DNA of 64,000 bases, taken from contig CAZPWM010000003.1 of NCBI GenBank assembly GCA_964590575.1, positions 1 to 64,000 on the forward strand, written 5' to 3'. This stretch comes from an uncultured archaeon (lineage in GTDB: Archaea; Asgardarchaeota; Thorarchaeia; Thorarchaeales; Thorarchaeaceae). Positions 18,251-28,660 of this stretch are shown piece by piece (positions within the stretch are counted from its first letter, which is position 1; each line of letters opens with the position of its first letter). The notes under the pieces are model-generated. The model was not told where the DNA came from. It did no database searches and saw only the letters and a program-made list of their open reading frames with translations. The position numbers and the translations under genes were made by a program.

Positions 18251-21166
18251 ATGGGCATGCCAAGGAACTCGAAGCAATTCAAGACAAAGGGGAACCGAGC
18301 ATACGGTCTCTCTTATGCCCTCAGCGCACTCAGAGCGAATCCCTTCAGAGCTCTTAGTCTAGCTCTAACATTGAGTCTTGGAATCAGTCTCTTTGCATCA
18401 ACGATGGTCTGGGGCGACACTGGTATCTTCGTAAGTATCTATGATTATCTAGAAAACAGCGCGTATCAGATAAATGTGGACTCAGAACCCGGAGTTCCTG
18501 AAGCTCTCGGAATGGCTGAGGCTTATATGAACCAGAACCAATTCGTAGAGGAAACCCACCGTATCAACTCCACAGTTGGCTTGGTCTGGGGTACGAATAT
18601 ATCCGATAGTATAGAATATGACATAGATGATCCAAATTATAGTTACGGGATAAAGGACTGCAGAGTAGTATTCGTGGATAATGAGTTTCTGAACAAGACT
18701 GCTTTCGAGTTTGCGATTGAAGGTGCATTCGAGCTCGGTGCTGGCGAGATTATAGTATCTCGAATGTTTGTAGGGTATGTAGACCAAGTTTTTGATATCA
18801 CTCTTCAAATTAATGACACAATAGATGTTGAACTACTGACTGGAGATGTAACTTATTCACCGTCAGGTGACATGCAGTCATTACCACTGAGTATGCTAGA
18901 CCGCATGAGTATGACCAATCTCAGGATTGTCGGCATTTTTGACCTTCGAACATTTGGTTCAATAATCGAGCGGGCTCTTCCCTCATACGAGGATGGGCGG
19001 GCTAATTGGAATAATACTAACCTACGATATGATGTGATGGGGCTTCGAGATAGCATCTTCATGCGCGAAGACGCAATCCCTCAAGGAGCACTCTCGGAGA
19101 ATGGGTTCTTTGGTGAAACAATGCTCGTCAGATTTTCAGCAGGTGCACTAGCAGATGATGGTCCACAGAATGTCGCGACTAATCTCTTTGAGTTGACAAT
19201 CCGGACAGACGAGTTATACAACATCACGTGGTCTGGCTATGATAAGATTTGGGAACTCCAAGGTGTTGTCAATACCTACGTTTCAACTTTGGACCTCTCT
19301 ATTCTCGCCTTACCAATCATCCTACTAGCTCTGTTCTTTTCGGTATTTGCTGCTGACACTTTCATGGCACCTCGTAATGTTGAGGCAGGTATTATTCGGT
19401 CTAAGGGTGCAAGTTACTCACAAGTATCATCTATATTCTTGTGGGAATCCGCGGTGATTGCAGTACTCTCGATAGGGCTTGGTATTTTGTTTAGCGTACT
19501 CTTTGCACCATTAATTCCATCAACTACGAGTTTTATGACCTTTGACTGGGATATCTACACATTCTATCTGTCAAATACGGTTGTCAGTTTCAACACAATT
19601 ATTCGAGCGATTGGTCTTACTGTCCTTCCCAGTCTATTATTCATCCTCTACCTAGCAAGAAGAGCAGCTTCAGTTGAAATCAGTCTTTCATTAGCTGAAG
19701 TGGCTCAGGATTCAACTGAACAGTCAGAAGCACATGGGTTCACAATTGGAGCATCCATCTTCCTTCTAGCATTGGTTATAGTCATGATGCATATTCTCCC
19801 CCGACACCCAGTTCTTTTTTTGATGGAACTTGGGATGGGGACTGCTGCTTGGTTCTTCATAGCTTACAACGGGTCACGGATTTCTCGAGTGGGTCTTGCA
19901 AAGGTGTCTGAGAAATTATCGTTTGTGCTGGGCCAGAAGAATCTAATATCCGCCGGATACCTGAAGATGCGAAAGGGAAGAATCATCCCGCTCATGGTTG
20001 TTCTTGCTCTCACCATGTCATCGACCATCGCATTTGCTGTACAATCTGAGAGTCTCAGAGTTGATCTAGACCGTGAAGTTACATATGCTCTAGGTTCTGA
20101 TCTTCGTATAGATTGTACTATTCGTGAGTTCAATTTTAGCTACGACTTAGAAACCTATGATGGTGTCAATAATTCGATGCCAGTATTGAGGACTTGGGCA
20201 AGAGTGGGTCCTGATGAGTTGAGTATCGAAGCGTTATATCCCCTCGAGTATGCAGCGATGGGTAAGTTTGACCAATCAAGTTTCAGAGGTCAATCGCCCG
20301 AATCTGTTCTATCGGCGCTGGCAGCTGTGCCCAATGGTATAGTCCTAAGTGAATACCATGCAAATCGATGGAACAAGACGGTAGGATCAAGCCTCACTAT
20401 GGAGATGAGTGGAGTCGGTTCAAACCAACTCGTTGAATTCCAGGTCGTTGGAGTGGTTTTTAGTGCGCCTGGTTTTGGCTATGCTTCACATACTGATATT
20501 CCATACAGCCCTCTTGGAGCTGGTTTTGGATTCTACTCTGGCTATAGTGGATTTGCACTGACAAACATTGAGTTCATTGAAGGGGTCATTCAGAGACACG
20601 AAACCACGCTCTTCATGGTTGACCTTGAGGACGATGCTAATCGAACACTCTTATTTGAAGAGATTTCAGCTTTATCAGGGGTAAACCCAAACACACCCGA
20701 GGAGTTCGACCTGAAATCCTACTCTCTCCAGACAGCACTCTTTCTGAACACGGTCGAGGGTCTTTTCTCAATTGGTTTTGTTATGTCGCTGACCCTTAGT
20801 GTTTTTGCTCTCTCAATCTCACTGGGATCTGTTGTGAGAGAACGTCGCAAAGAATATGCTATCATGCGTGCAATTGGAGGGTCCAAAAAACAGATTGTTA
20901 GTATGGTCTTCTCGGAATTCTCAGGAGTAGTGTTCGCATCATTGGCACTTAGCTTGATTCTAGGTGCAGTTTTTGGGTATGTCATGGGCTTTCTACTGAA
21001 TGTGATGAGTCCATTCTCTAGAACTTTGGCTGCAACTATTGCATTTCCCTTTAACTTCCTTGCGATTGTTCTGTTTATCGAGATATTGACAATGATTATC
21101 GGGTCTTACCTGCCAGCAAGAGAAGCCGCGAGGACAGACCCCGCTGTTGTACTAAGAAATATGTGA
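18251..21166 (+). CDS. FtsX/MacB-type ABC permease, double unit
   Basis: Two FtsX repeats (RSKGAS..Q; ERRKEYAIMRAIGG..KQI), two large extracellular loops, PAREAA..DP end. Confidence 0.9.
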   Translation: MGMPRNSKQFKTKGNRAYGLSYALSALRANPFRALSLALTLSLGISLFASTMVWGDTGIFVSIYDYLENSAYQINVDSEPGVPEALGMAEAYMNQNQFVEETHRINSTVGLVWGTNISDSIEYDIDDPNYSYGIKDCRVVFVDNEFLNKTAFEFAIEGAFELGAGEIIVSRMFVGYVDQVFDITLQINDTIDVELLTGDVTYSPSGDMQSLPLSMLDRMSMTNLRIVGIFDLRTFGSIIERALPSYEDGRANWNNTNLRYDVMGLRDSIFMREDAIPQGALSENGFFGETMLVRFSAGALADDGPQNVATNLFELTIRTDELYNITWSGYDKIWELQGVVNTYVSTLDLSILALPIILLALFFSVFAADTFMAPRNVEAGIIRSKGASYSQVSSIFLWESAVIAVLSIGLGILFSVLFAPLIPSTTSFMTFDWDIYTFYLSNTVVSFNTIIRAIGLTVLPSLLFILYLARRAASVEISLSLAEVAQDSTEQSEAHGFTIGASIFLLALVIVMMHILPRHPVLFLMELGMGTAAWFFIAYNGSRISRVGLAKVSEKLSFVLGQKNLISAGYLKMRKGRIIPLMVVLALTMSSTIAFAVQSESLRVDLDREVTYALGSDLRIDCTIREFNFSYDLETYDGVNNSMPVLRTWARVGPDELSIEALYPLEYAAMGKFDQSSFRGQSPESVLSALAAVPNGIVLSEYHANRWNKTVGSSLTMEMSGVGSNQLVEFQVVGVVFSAPGFGYASHTDIPYSPLGAGFGFYSGYSGFALTNIEFIEGVIQRHETTLFMVDLEDDANRTLLFEEISALSGVNPNTPEEFDLKSYSLQTALFLNTVEGLFSIGFVMSLTLSVFALSISLGSVVRERRKEYAIMRAIGGSKKQIVSMVFSEFSGVVFASLALSLILGAVFGYVMGFLLNVMSPFSRTLAATIAFPFNFLAIVLFIEILTMIIGSYLPAREAARTDPAVVLRNM

Positions 21167-21178
21167 GGTGATAAGAAG

Positions 21179-24103
21179 ATGGCTAAGAAAAAACAGAAGA
21201 ACATCCTCAAGGGCAACCCTCTCTGGTCACTTGGGTATGCCATCACCTCAATAAAGACTTACAAAGTTCGTAACATGGGCATTGCTCTGGTCCTTGCAAT
21301 CAGTGTAGCGATTCCAATGACCATCTTTGCTTGGACATACACTGGGTCTCGTCTGGCTGTCGAAACATATTTTGAAGATAACACTTACCAGATTATTATT
21401 CAAAATGCTCCCGGAAATTATGATTACTCACACCTCTTTGACGCACAAGACCTTGTGATGAGCAGTCCGTACTCTGAGTATGCACATATCACTCCCAGTA
21501 CTGTTGGTATTCTCAGGATCGATGGAGTCACGCCTGAGTGGGATGCTTATTCCATTTACGCTCAAAACTATGGTCAAGGCATCAAAGATTGTCGAGTTAT
21601 CATAGTCAATAATGAGATTCTTGATGTCTGGTCACGAGAGATAAAGTTCACAGGAAATACCACACTTCAACCTGGAGAAGTTATGGTGTCGCAGTGGTTT
21701 ATCGAAACTGCAGAGCAAATGATGAACAGAACCCTCGGTGTCGATTTGGACCTTGAGATTGGTTCAGAGATTGGCATTGATGTTCTTCGCACTTACTACT
21801 CTCCTGATGAGGGAGTCCCCTTTGATCCATTATTACTCCATCGCCAGATTGTTCGAAATCTTACAATCGCAGGTATTTATGATGTGGGGGGTTCATCAAT
21901 TGTTGTACAACCATTCGAATCCTATTTCCGAACGAACTATGGTCTCGTTGAACCTCCTATCTATGTCCTTGGCATGTTTGACTCAGTGTTGATGTTGGCT
22001 GATGAGCTTGGAGCAGAATCCGTTGATACAATCGCCAACAGTGGATTCTTCTCACCTGCCGAGTTTGTGCGCGGGTCTGTTGATGGTCTTATACAAAGTG
22101 GAGTGACATTTGCTGCACAAAATCTCCGCAATCTAAAGATACAGATTGGAGAGAGCGATGAGCTTCTAAGTGTGATTGGTCTAGACAATATCGACAGTCT
22201 TCAAACCCATATCAGTACCTATCTTCAAAGTCAAGTATTGATTATCTTGGCTTTGCCCATTATGATTATGAGCTTGATGCTCACCATCTTCACATCAGAA
22301 ACGTCTGTGTCTCAGAGAAAAGGTGAGATTAGTGCACTTCGTGCAAAAGGCGCATCATTCAATCAGATATTTGCCGCATTCATTTGGGAGTCAGTATTTC
22401 TTTCAATCCTTGGCCTGATAATTGGACTTGCATTGGCTGTATTAGCTGCTCCATTGATGGGATCATCAACTGGACTCTTTTCATTTGATCCAGTTCTGTA
22501 TAGTGGATTTGTGGCAAAGATGACCCTTCCTATACAATCACTAGTTTTGTCTGCGACTATCGCATTCTTCCTTCCTGCAGCTTACCTGTTGCATGTTGCT
22601 CGCAGGATTGATGTTGCAGAGATTGGACAACCTACTATGCGGATGACCTATGAGATACCCGAGGAAACGAAAATCGGATTCTATGTTCTGGGTCTAGGAG
22701 GAACATTGGCAGTGCTTCTTATAGTCCCGGTTCTGTTCAACCCTGTCGGTCAGACAGCGTTCGTTGAGATAATCATAGCAACATCAATACTATTCCTTTC
22801 ATCATATCTCGGGTCAAGAGCTATGCGATTAGTCACCGCTAATGCATCTGAGAGAGTTGGCCGCCTGATTGGTGAGAAGAAACTGTATATGACTCAGAGT
22901 TTACGACGGCGAAAGGGACAATTCATTCCGCTCCTCGTGATTCTGACCTTGACACTTACGACTACAACAATGATGCTCATCCAAACCGCAAGTTTCGAAA
23001 CCACCCTTGCGAATGAAGCCAATTATGCACTAGGATGCGATATTCGGGTTGAGGGTCCTGAACACATGTTAGACTGGATTGATACTCTCGAAGGATATGA
23101 AGGAGTTGTCAGTGCGACTCCAGTCATCGAAACCCTTTCATATATCGGAGCAGAAGCTTTCTATCTTGAAGGGGTAAATGCAGGAGTGTATAGCGCAATA
23201 GGGGATTTCAGATCATCGAGTTTCGTAAGTGGGACTCCTGAGCAAGTCCTGACAGCCCTAGAGAATACCGAGAATGGCATCATCATAAGCCAGTTCTATT
23301 CTGAAACCTGGAATGTTACTATCGGCGATTCATTGACGATTAGAGTTCTCTCTTCAAGCGGTAGTAATACTACTGCGTTCGAAATAGTTGGTGTTATGAA
23401 AAGTGCACCTGGTTTCGGAATGGCATCAACTCAAGATCTTGCTGGTATCCCATTTGGTTCGTACTTTGGTTTCCAACCTGGTCGAGGAGGCTTTGCATTA
23501 GTCAACATCGATTACCTGTCTGCGACAACTGAGTTTACGTCAACAAGGCTTTTCTTTGTAGGAACAACATCTCTTGCTGATGCATCAGATCTGATCAGTT
23601 TTGTCAGTGGAATTCCATACGCTGTAGTCTATACACCTGACACAATAGAGTTTGGTTCAGACACGGCCACAGGTCTCTTCCTTGCTGGATTAGAAGGTCT
23701 CACGATGATTGCGTTCATCATGTGTGCTACTATGGGTATTGCATCAATTGCATTATTCCTAGGTTCTGCAGTAATGGAACGTGAACCTGAGTACGCACTG
23801 TTTCGCGCAATAGGTGGGACCAAAAGACAGGTGATATCTCTAGTGTTTGGTGAATTTGCAGGAAGTGTACTTGCGGCTGTGTTGATCAGTCTGGGCCTTG
23901 GAGTATTATTTGGCTACACAATGACATTATTGACTTTTGGAATATCCTCTGTATGGCCAATTCTGGCAAAGATTCTGACCTATCCATTGATGGTCATAGG
24001 GTTTACTGTAGCATTGGAATGTATCGCTATGGTTGCTGCATGTTACTTCCCAGCTAGAAGGGCTGGGAGCACAAATCCAGCTGAAGTATTGAGAAATATG
24101 TGA
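21179..24103 (+). CDS. FtsX/MacB-type ABC permease, paralogue of the upstream gene
   Basis: Same architecture; shared GIKDCRV, SAPGFG and LRNM* motifs. Confidence 0.9.
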   Translation: MAKKKQKNILKGNPLWSLGYAITSIKTYKVRNMGIALVLAISVAIPMTIFAWTYTGSRLAVETYFEDNTYQIIIQNAPGNYDYSHLFDAQDLVMSSPYSEYAHITPSTVGILRIDGVTPEWDAYSIYAQNYGQGIKDCRVIIVNNEILDVWSREIKFTGNTTLQPGEVMVSQWFIETAEQMMNRTLGVDLDLEIGSEIGIDVLRTYYSPDEGVPFDPLLLHRQIVRNLTIAGIYDVGGSSIVVQPFESYFRTNYGLVEPPIYVLGMFDSVLMLADELGAESVDTIANSGFFSPAEFVRGSVDGLIQSGVTFAAQNLRNLKIQIGESDELLSVIGLDNIDSLQTHISTYLQSQVLIILALPIMIMSLMLTIFTSETSVSQRKGEISALRAKGASFNQIFAAFIWESVFLSILGLIIGLALAVLAAPLMGSSTGLFSFDPVLYSGFVAKMTLPIQSLVLSATIAFFLPAAYLLHVARRIDVAEIGQPTMRMTYEIPEETKIGFYVLGLGGTLAVLLIVPVLFNPVGQTAFVEIIIATSILFLSSYLGSRAMRLVTANASERVGRLIGEKKLYMTQSLRRRKGQFIPLLVILTLTLTTTTMMLIQTASFETTLANEANYALGCDIRVEGPEHMLDWIDTLEGYEGVVSATPVIETLSYIGAEAFYLEGVNAGVYSAIGDFRSSSFVSGTPEQVLTALENTENGIIISQFYSETWNVTIGDSLTIRVLSSSGSNTTAFEIVGVMKSAPGFGMASTQDLAGIPFGSYFGFQPGRGGFALVNIDYLSATTEFTSTRLFFVGTTSLADASDLISFVSGIPYAVVYTPDTIEFGSDTATGLFLAGLEGLTMIAFIMCATMGIASIALFLGSAVMEREPEYALFRAIGGTKRQVISLVFGEFAGSVLAAVLISLGLGVLFGYTMTLLTFGISSVWPILAKILTYPLMVIGFTVALECIAMVAACYFPARRAGSTNPAEVLRNM

Positions 24104-24113
24104 GGTAATTGAA

Positions 24114-25145
24114 ATGATTACAACTGTAGAAACGGAAGATGAACTTGACCTGTATAGTGAACTGCCAGATGATGTAGTTGTCAGTGTCAATGACTGTTAC
24201 AAAATCTACAAGGCGCAAGAACTTGAGGTTGTAGCTCTTAGCGGGGTCTCTCTTCAGATTCTTGAAGGTAAGATCATGGCAGTCGTGGGTCCTAGCGGGT
24301 CAGGAAAGACCACCCTGATCAATGTCATTGGTGGTATCACAAAGGCAACCGTCGGTAAGGTCTACTGGGCTAATCTCAGGACTGACATTACGAAACTGAG
24401 TGAGAGGGTTCTTACTGAAGCCAGACGTAACTTCATTGGATTTCATTTTCAACTGAACAACCTACTACCTCATCTCAATGCATGGCAAAACGTGGAGCTT
24501 GCTGCAAGGATTGCTGGTGTGCCAAGACAGATTCGAAAGGATAGAGTCGACCGACTTGTCAAAATGGTTGGCCTTGAGGAACGAAAACGTAACAAGGCCA
24601 CAACGCTCAGTGGCGGTGAGAAGTCAAGAGTAGCGATTGCGAGTGCTCTTGTCAACCTCATCGACTCTGAAGGTAAGGGACTTGTACTCTGCGATGAGCC
24701 CACCGGAGATCTAGACCCCGAAACCGGCGAACGAATACTTGACCTCTTTCAAGAGCTGAACGAAACCATAGGTACATCGTTCTTCATTGTCACTCACAGT
24801 CAACAGGTGGCATCAAAGGCAGATCTGACTGTGGAGCTCCGAGATGGAGTCATCTCTGGTTTCCACCAGACTGGCATCGACCTAGACATGCTTGACACAA
24901 CCCGAATTGTAAGGTTAGATGACAAACATCGACTCCCAATGCCTACCGATCTTCTTGACCTTGCAGGCAATCCAAAAGAGTTCAGACTCAGCTATGCAGA
25001 TGATAAGTTCACACTTGTCCCTCAAACTGGTGAAGTGGTTGACCAGATGCGTGAGAAGAAAGCACGAATTTGCAGAGTCTGTGGTTCACAGATTCCTGGT
25101 GGAAAGTTCATCTGTTCTAACTGTGGAAGCCAAGTCACAGTATAG
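24114..25145 (+). CDS. ABC ATP-binding protein with C-terminal AbrB/MraZ-like segment and zinc ribbon
   Basis: GPSGSGKTT, LSGGE, CDEPTGDLD; then VRLDDKHRLPMP and CRVCG..CSNCG. Confidence 0.9.
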   Translation: MITTVETEDELDLYSELPDDVVVSVNDCYKIYKAQELEVVALSGVSLQILEGKIMAVVGPSGSGKTTLINVIGGITKATVGKVYWANLRTDITKLSERVLTEARRNFIGFHFQLNNLLPHLNAWQNVELAARIAGVPRQIRKDRVDRLVKMVGLEERKRNKATTLSGGEKSRVAIASALVNLIDSEGKGLVLCDEPTGDLDPETGERILDLFQELNETIGTSFFIVTHSQQVASKADLTVELRDGVISGFHQTGIDLDMLDTTRIVRLDDKHRLPMPTDLLDLAGNPKEFRLSYADDKFTLVPQTGEVVDQMREKKARICRVCGSQIPGGKFICSNCGSQVTV

Positions 25146-25156
25146 TTTCAAGACTG

Positions 25157-25645
25157 TTAGAGACTCGCTTCTGGCGAGTCGCTTCTCATGAATAATGAGA
25201 CAAGTTGTTCTATAGTAGTCCAGTGTTCCATGTACTTACGGACCATGCGGCGCTCTCTCTTCAGGTTCTTGATACCGAGTAGTTCGAGCTCCTTCTCAAG
25301 AAATCTGTAAATCTCCTTCCCCTTTTTGTCGAAATCAGTGAGAATGAGAACCTGTCCATCCATCCCCGTCTTAGCCTCTATCTTCTCAACAAGTCTATTT
25401 CTTGATAACCTAGTCTGAGTCCTGATAATAGGTGCATCCAGTCCAAGGTTTCGAAGGACTGAAACATCTCGCTTCCCTTCAACAATTACAAGCAGATTAG
25501 GGTACCTTGAATCAAGAGTCTGAATCGTTTCAATGAGACTTCGTTCATACGGAGTAAGTCTTCTATTGCGCTTCTGCTCAATAGTTCTCCAGAGACCTTC
25601 CTTTCCTCGTATGGGTTCATCGTTCTCTTCAGTCAAGAAATACAC
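25157..25645 (-). CDS. Small TOPRIM-domain protein
   Basis: IVEGKRD..VLR.LG and ILTDFDKKG; likely start TTG 25636. Confidence 0.85.
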   Translation of the reverse strand: MYFLTEENDEPIRGKEGLWRTIEQKRNRRLTPYERSLIETIQTLDSRYPNLLVIVEGKRDVSVLRNLGLDAPIIRTQTRLSRNRLVEKIEAKTGMDGQVLILTDFDKKGKEIYRFLEKELELLGIKNLKRERRMVRKYMEHWTTIEQLVSLFMRSDSPEASL

Positions 25646-25654
25646 CAGACTTGG

Positions 25655-26698
25655 TCATAGAGTAATGGAGATTTTCATCGTTTTACCCGCGCCCATCATC
25701 TCTAGAGCTTCACCAATCTTTTCTACAGGCATCTCGTGAGATATCAATAGGTCTGTGTTTACATCTCCGGCGATAATGAGTTTCAGCGCTTGCTCCACAT
25801 GCTTTGGTTTGAGATGGAATACGCCCTTTATCGTTAGTTGGCCATAGTGGAATCTTCCTGTGTCTAACTCGAATTGAGTCCCTGAAGCTGCGCCTCCAAA
25901 CAGAACTGTTGTGCCCGCATCTCGTGTCATAGCTACAGCTTGTTCCCAGGTCTGGCGAATCCCAACCGCTTCAATAACTACATCAGCACCTCTTCCACCG
26001 GTTTCACCCTTTACTCTTTCAACAGCGTCTTCTTTTGAGGGATCTATGACAATGTCTGCACCTGCCTTCAGTGCAATATCCCTTCTGAGTTCTGCTAGGT
26101 CAGAAGCAATGACAGTTGATGCTCCAGTCTTCTTTGCTAACATAATCAGCATCTGACCGATTGGTCCCGCTCCGATCACAACAACGGTGTCACCAAGTTT
26201 AATGTTTGACTCTTCTATTCCATGGACCACACATGCTAAAGGCTCAGTGAGTGCCGCATCTCTGAACGACAGTGAGTCTGGTATCTGATGAGTATTCCAA
26301 CGAACGACAGCCTTTGGAACCCTGATGTACTCTGCAAATGCCCCATTGACAAGATTATCCTTCAACTCTGCACATAGATTTGGCATGTCTCTCTTACAGT
26401 AGAAACAGTTTCCACAAGGAGCAGAATTTGTCGCGACAACCCTCATTCCTACTTTGAAATCTTCAACACCCTCTCCAACTGCTTCAATAGTGCCTGCATA
26501 TTCATGACCAAACAATGAAGGGATTTGCTTGATCAGCACAGGGTGTCCTCGTTTGTAGGTTTTGACATCAGTTCCACATGTTAGGGCTGTACCAACTTTG
26601 ATCAGCAGCTCGCCAGGTCCTATCTCAGGGATGTCGACTTCTTCGAATCGAATGTCCCCAATACCATAGTACATTGCGGCTTTCATCTTTCGCGACAT
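25655..26698 (-). CDS. Zinc-dependent alcohol dehydrogenase (threonine/sorbitol DH-like)
   Basis: CGTD, GHEYAG, CGNCFYC...C, GAGPIG. Confidence 0.92.
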   Translation of the reverse strand: MSRKMKAAMYYGIGDIRFEEVDIPEIGPGELLIKVGTALTCGTDVKTYKRGHPVLIKQIPSLFGHEYAGTIEAVGEGVEDFKVGMRVVATNSAPCGNCFYCKRDMPNLCAELKDNLVNGAFAEYIRVPKAVVRWNTHQIPDSLSFRDAALTEPLACVVHGIEESNIKLGDTVVVIGAGPIGQMLIMLAKKTGASTVIASDLAELRRDIALKAGADIVIDPSKEDAVERVKGETGGRGADVVIEAVGIRQTWEQAVAMTRDAGTTVLFGGAASGTQFELDTGRFHYGQLTIKGVFHLKPKHVEQALKLIIAGDVNTDLLISHEMPVEKIGEALEMMGAGKTMKISITL

Positions 26699-26801
26699 GT
26701 GCATCAAAACATCCTCTCAAAGTCCGTTTAAATCACTTCCTGACTGCCAAACCACAATGCTTAACCTTCATTCCCCAGAGCCAGAGAGTGGATGGTTTGC
26801 C

Positions 26802-27254
26802 ATGCGAATAAAATCAAGATATCCCGAACGTATAGAATACCTTGCAGAGAGTGTATGGGACGGCAAGACTGGTGGTACAATCACAACCAGTGATGAACGC
26901 CAAATTGTATACGATACACCAAAAACCTATGCTGGCCGCGGAGAGGGAATTTGCCCCGATGAGCTATTCGTGTCTGCAGTACTTGGCTGCTTGAACAATA
27001 CATTCCTTGATTTTCAGCGACGATTTGAAATGGAGCTTGTGTCTTTCAAGCTTAGTGGCAAGGCAACTGCAATCTTTGATGGTGAGGGCTACAAAATCAC
27101 TGAATGTCGGGTAACAGGTGAAGTTGTGGTGGGCGAAGACGAGCTCGAAACTGGCCAACGTTGTGTGGAACTCATGAAACAGTTCTGTCATCTTACAAGA
27201 ACGATTAAGGACTGTCTCCCCTTCTATTATGATGTTTCAGTTCGGGAAGAGTAG
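26802..27254 (+). CDS. OsmC/Ohr family protein
   Basis: PDELFVSAVLGC and QFCHLTRT with two conserved Cys; start set at MRIKS. Confidence 0.8.
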   Translation: MRIKSRYPERIEYLAESVWDGKTGGTITTSDERQIVYDTPKTYAGRGEGICPDELFVSAVLGCLNNTFLDFQRRFEMELVSFKLSGKATAIFDGEGYKITECRVTGEVVVGEDELETGQRCVELMKQFCHLTRTIKDCLPFYYDVSVREE

Positions 27255-27255
27255 A

Positions 27256-27747
27256 CTATGTTTCTAACTCTTTCATCAATTGCGCAATCCGATTCATATA
27301 GGCATTGATATTTGTCCATTGTCCACCCTGAAAGAAGACGCTTTTACAATACTCACAGAACCAGAAATCTGTGTAATGATTGTACGTTTGTTCTGGGACT
27401 AGGTTTTTGACTCTCTCTTTCTCCTCCTCTTTGAGGTGAGTCAAAGAACCATTGCATTTTGTGCATCGCGATTTGGAGGGGTTTGCATCTGGACTGATTC
27501 CGTATTTCAAGAACACGCTAGCAACCTCATCATCAACCGAACCCCGTACAAGCATGCATTCCAGTCCAGCCTCCTCCGCTCGCCTGGACAATATAGCATC
27601 GGATGTCAGTAGGACCCTGTCCTGTTCAAGTGCAATTTGCAGCAACGCATCATCATGGACCTTTGTAGAATAGAACGCGTCCTGTCCCGTGAGTCGTAGC
27701 CATGTAGCAAGTTTACCAAGCATGGCATCGACGATGAAGGTCTTCAT
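27256..27747 (-). CDS. Mut7-C (DUF82) PIN-like RNase
   Basis: FIVDAMLGKLA.WLR..G.D, RVLLTSD, SRCTKCN, C..C..VFFQG. Confidence 0.92.
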   Translation of the reverse strand: MKTFIVDAMLGKLATWLRLTGQDAFYSTKVHDDALLQIALEQDRVLLTSDAILSRRAEEAGLECMLVRGSVDDEVASVFLKYGISPDANPSKSRCTKCNGSLTHLKEEEKERVKNLVPEQTYNHYTDFWFCEYCKSVFFQGGQWTNINAYMNRIAQLMKELET

Positions 27748-28649
27748 GGCCTTTCACCAAAGATGATACGCGTAGCATTCTTCCACATGACCTTCTCAAT
27801 CTCATCCTCTCTGACCTGCTTGTATCCTTGATCCACCAAATTAGAGGGCAATTGTAGTGTGGAAAAGAACTCTACCCATTTCTTGAGCGGCATTGTGTAC
27901 TCGAAGAGGGGAAAGTCACTTCCAAATAGCATGCGATTCGGGAAGACTCGTAAGAGCTTTGCATCTCCAACCATCTGGTGGACCTTCATAGGAACGCTAG
28001 ATGCGAATACTTGCCATCCAGAAACATCAACCAAAATATTCGGGTTCTTGGAAGCAATCATCAATGTTTCATCTTGCCATGGAATGCCTACGTGAGCCAA
28101 GACAATCTTCAGGTCTGGAAAGTCTGACGCAACTCTGTCAACATAGACTGGTCTAGCGTACTTCACATGCTTGAAGCGTGTTGTGAATCCTTGATGAATG
28201 ACGATAGGTATGTTTAGATCGACACAGAGTTTGTAGTATGGATCAAATTCCTTGTCATCTGGATAGAACCCATTCGGAGGGTACATCTTCCATCCTCGAC
28301 ACCCCTTCTCGTTGACTGCACGTTCTAGCTCCTTTAGCCCAGCTTCTCCTCTTCTTGGATCAAGACCAACAAAGGAAACGACATTTGGATCATTCGCGAC
28401 CTCATTGGCATGCCAGTCAGTCTTCTCAGCTAGGGATAGAGGCATCTGCTGGTAAAGCGCGCTATCAATAGGAAGGACGACTGCACAATCTACACCACTC
28501 ACTTTCATTGCTTCACGAAGAGAGTCTATAGTCGAATCAAGAACTGGCTCAACGCCCATTCTGTCGGCGGCAATACGACGTGCCTCCAAGTCCCTCTTGC
28601 TGATGATATCTCTCGACCATGTGTGGGTATGTGCGTCAATGACTCTCAT
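27744..28649 (-). CDS. Amidohydrolase_2 family metallohydrolase
   Basis: IDAHTH, G.KMYP, IHQG, LAHVG, FGSDFP. Confidence 0.9.
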   Translation of the reverse strand: MRVIDAHTHTWSRDIISKRDLEARRIAADRMGVEPVLDSTIDSLREAMKVSGVDCAVVLPIDSALYQQMPLSLAEKTDWHANEVANDPNVVSFVGLDPRRGEAGLKELERAVNEKGCRGWKMYPPNGFYPDDKEFDPYYKLCVDLNIPIVIHQGFTTRFKHVKYARPVYVDRVASDFPDLKIVLAHVGIPWQDETLMIASKNPNILVDVSGWQVFASSVPMKVHQMVGDAKLLRVFPNRMLFGSDFPLFEYTMPLKKWVEFFSTLQLPSNLVDQGYKQVREDEIEKVMWKNATRIIFGERP

Positions 28650-28660
28650 ATGAACACCTT

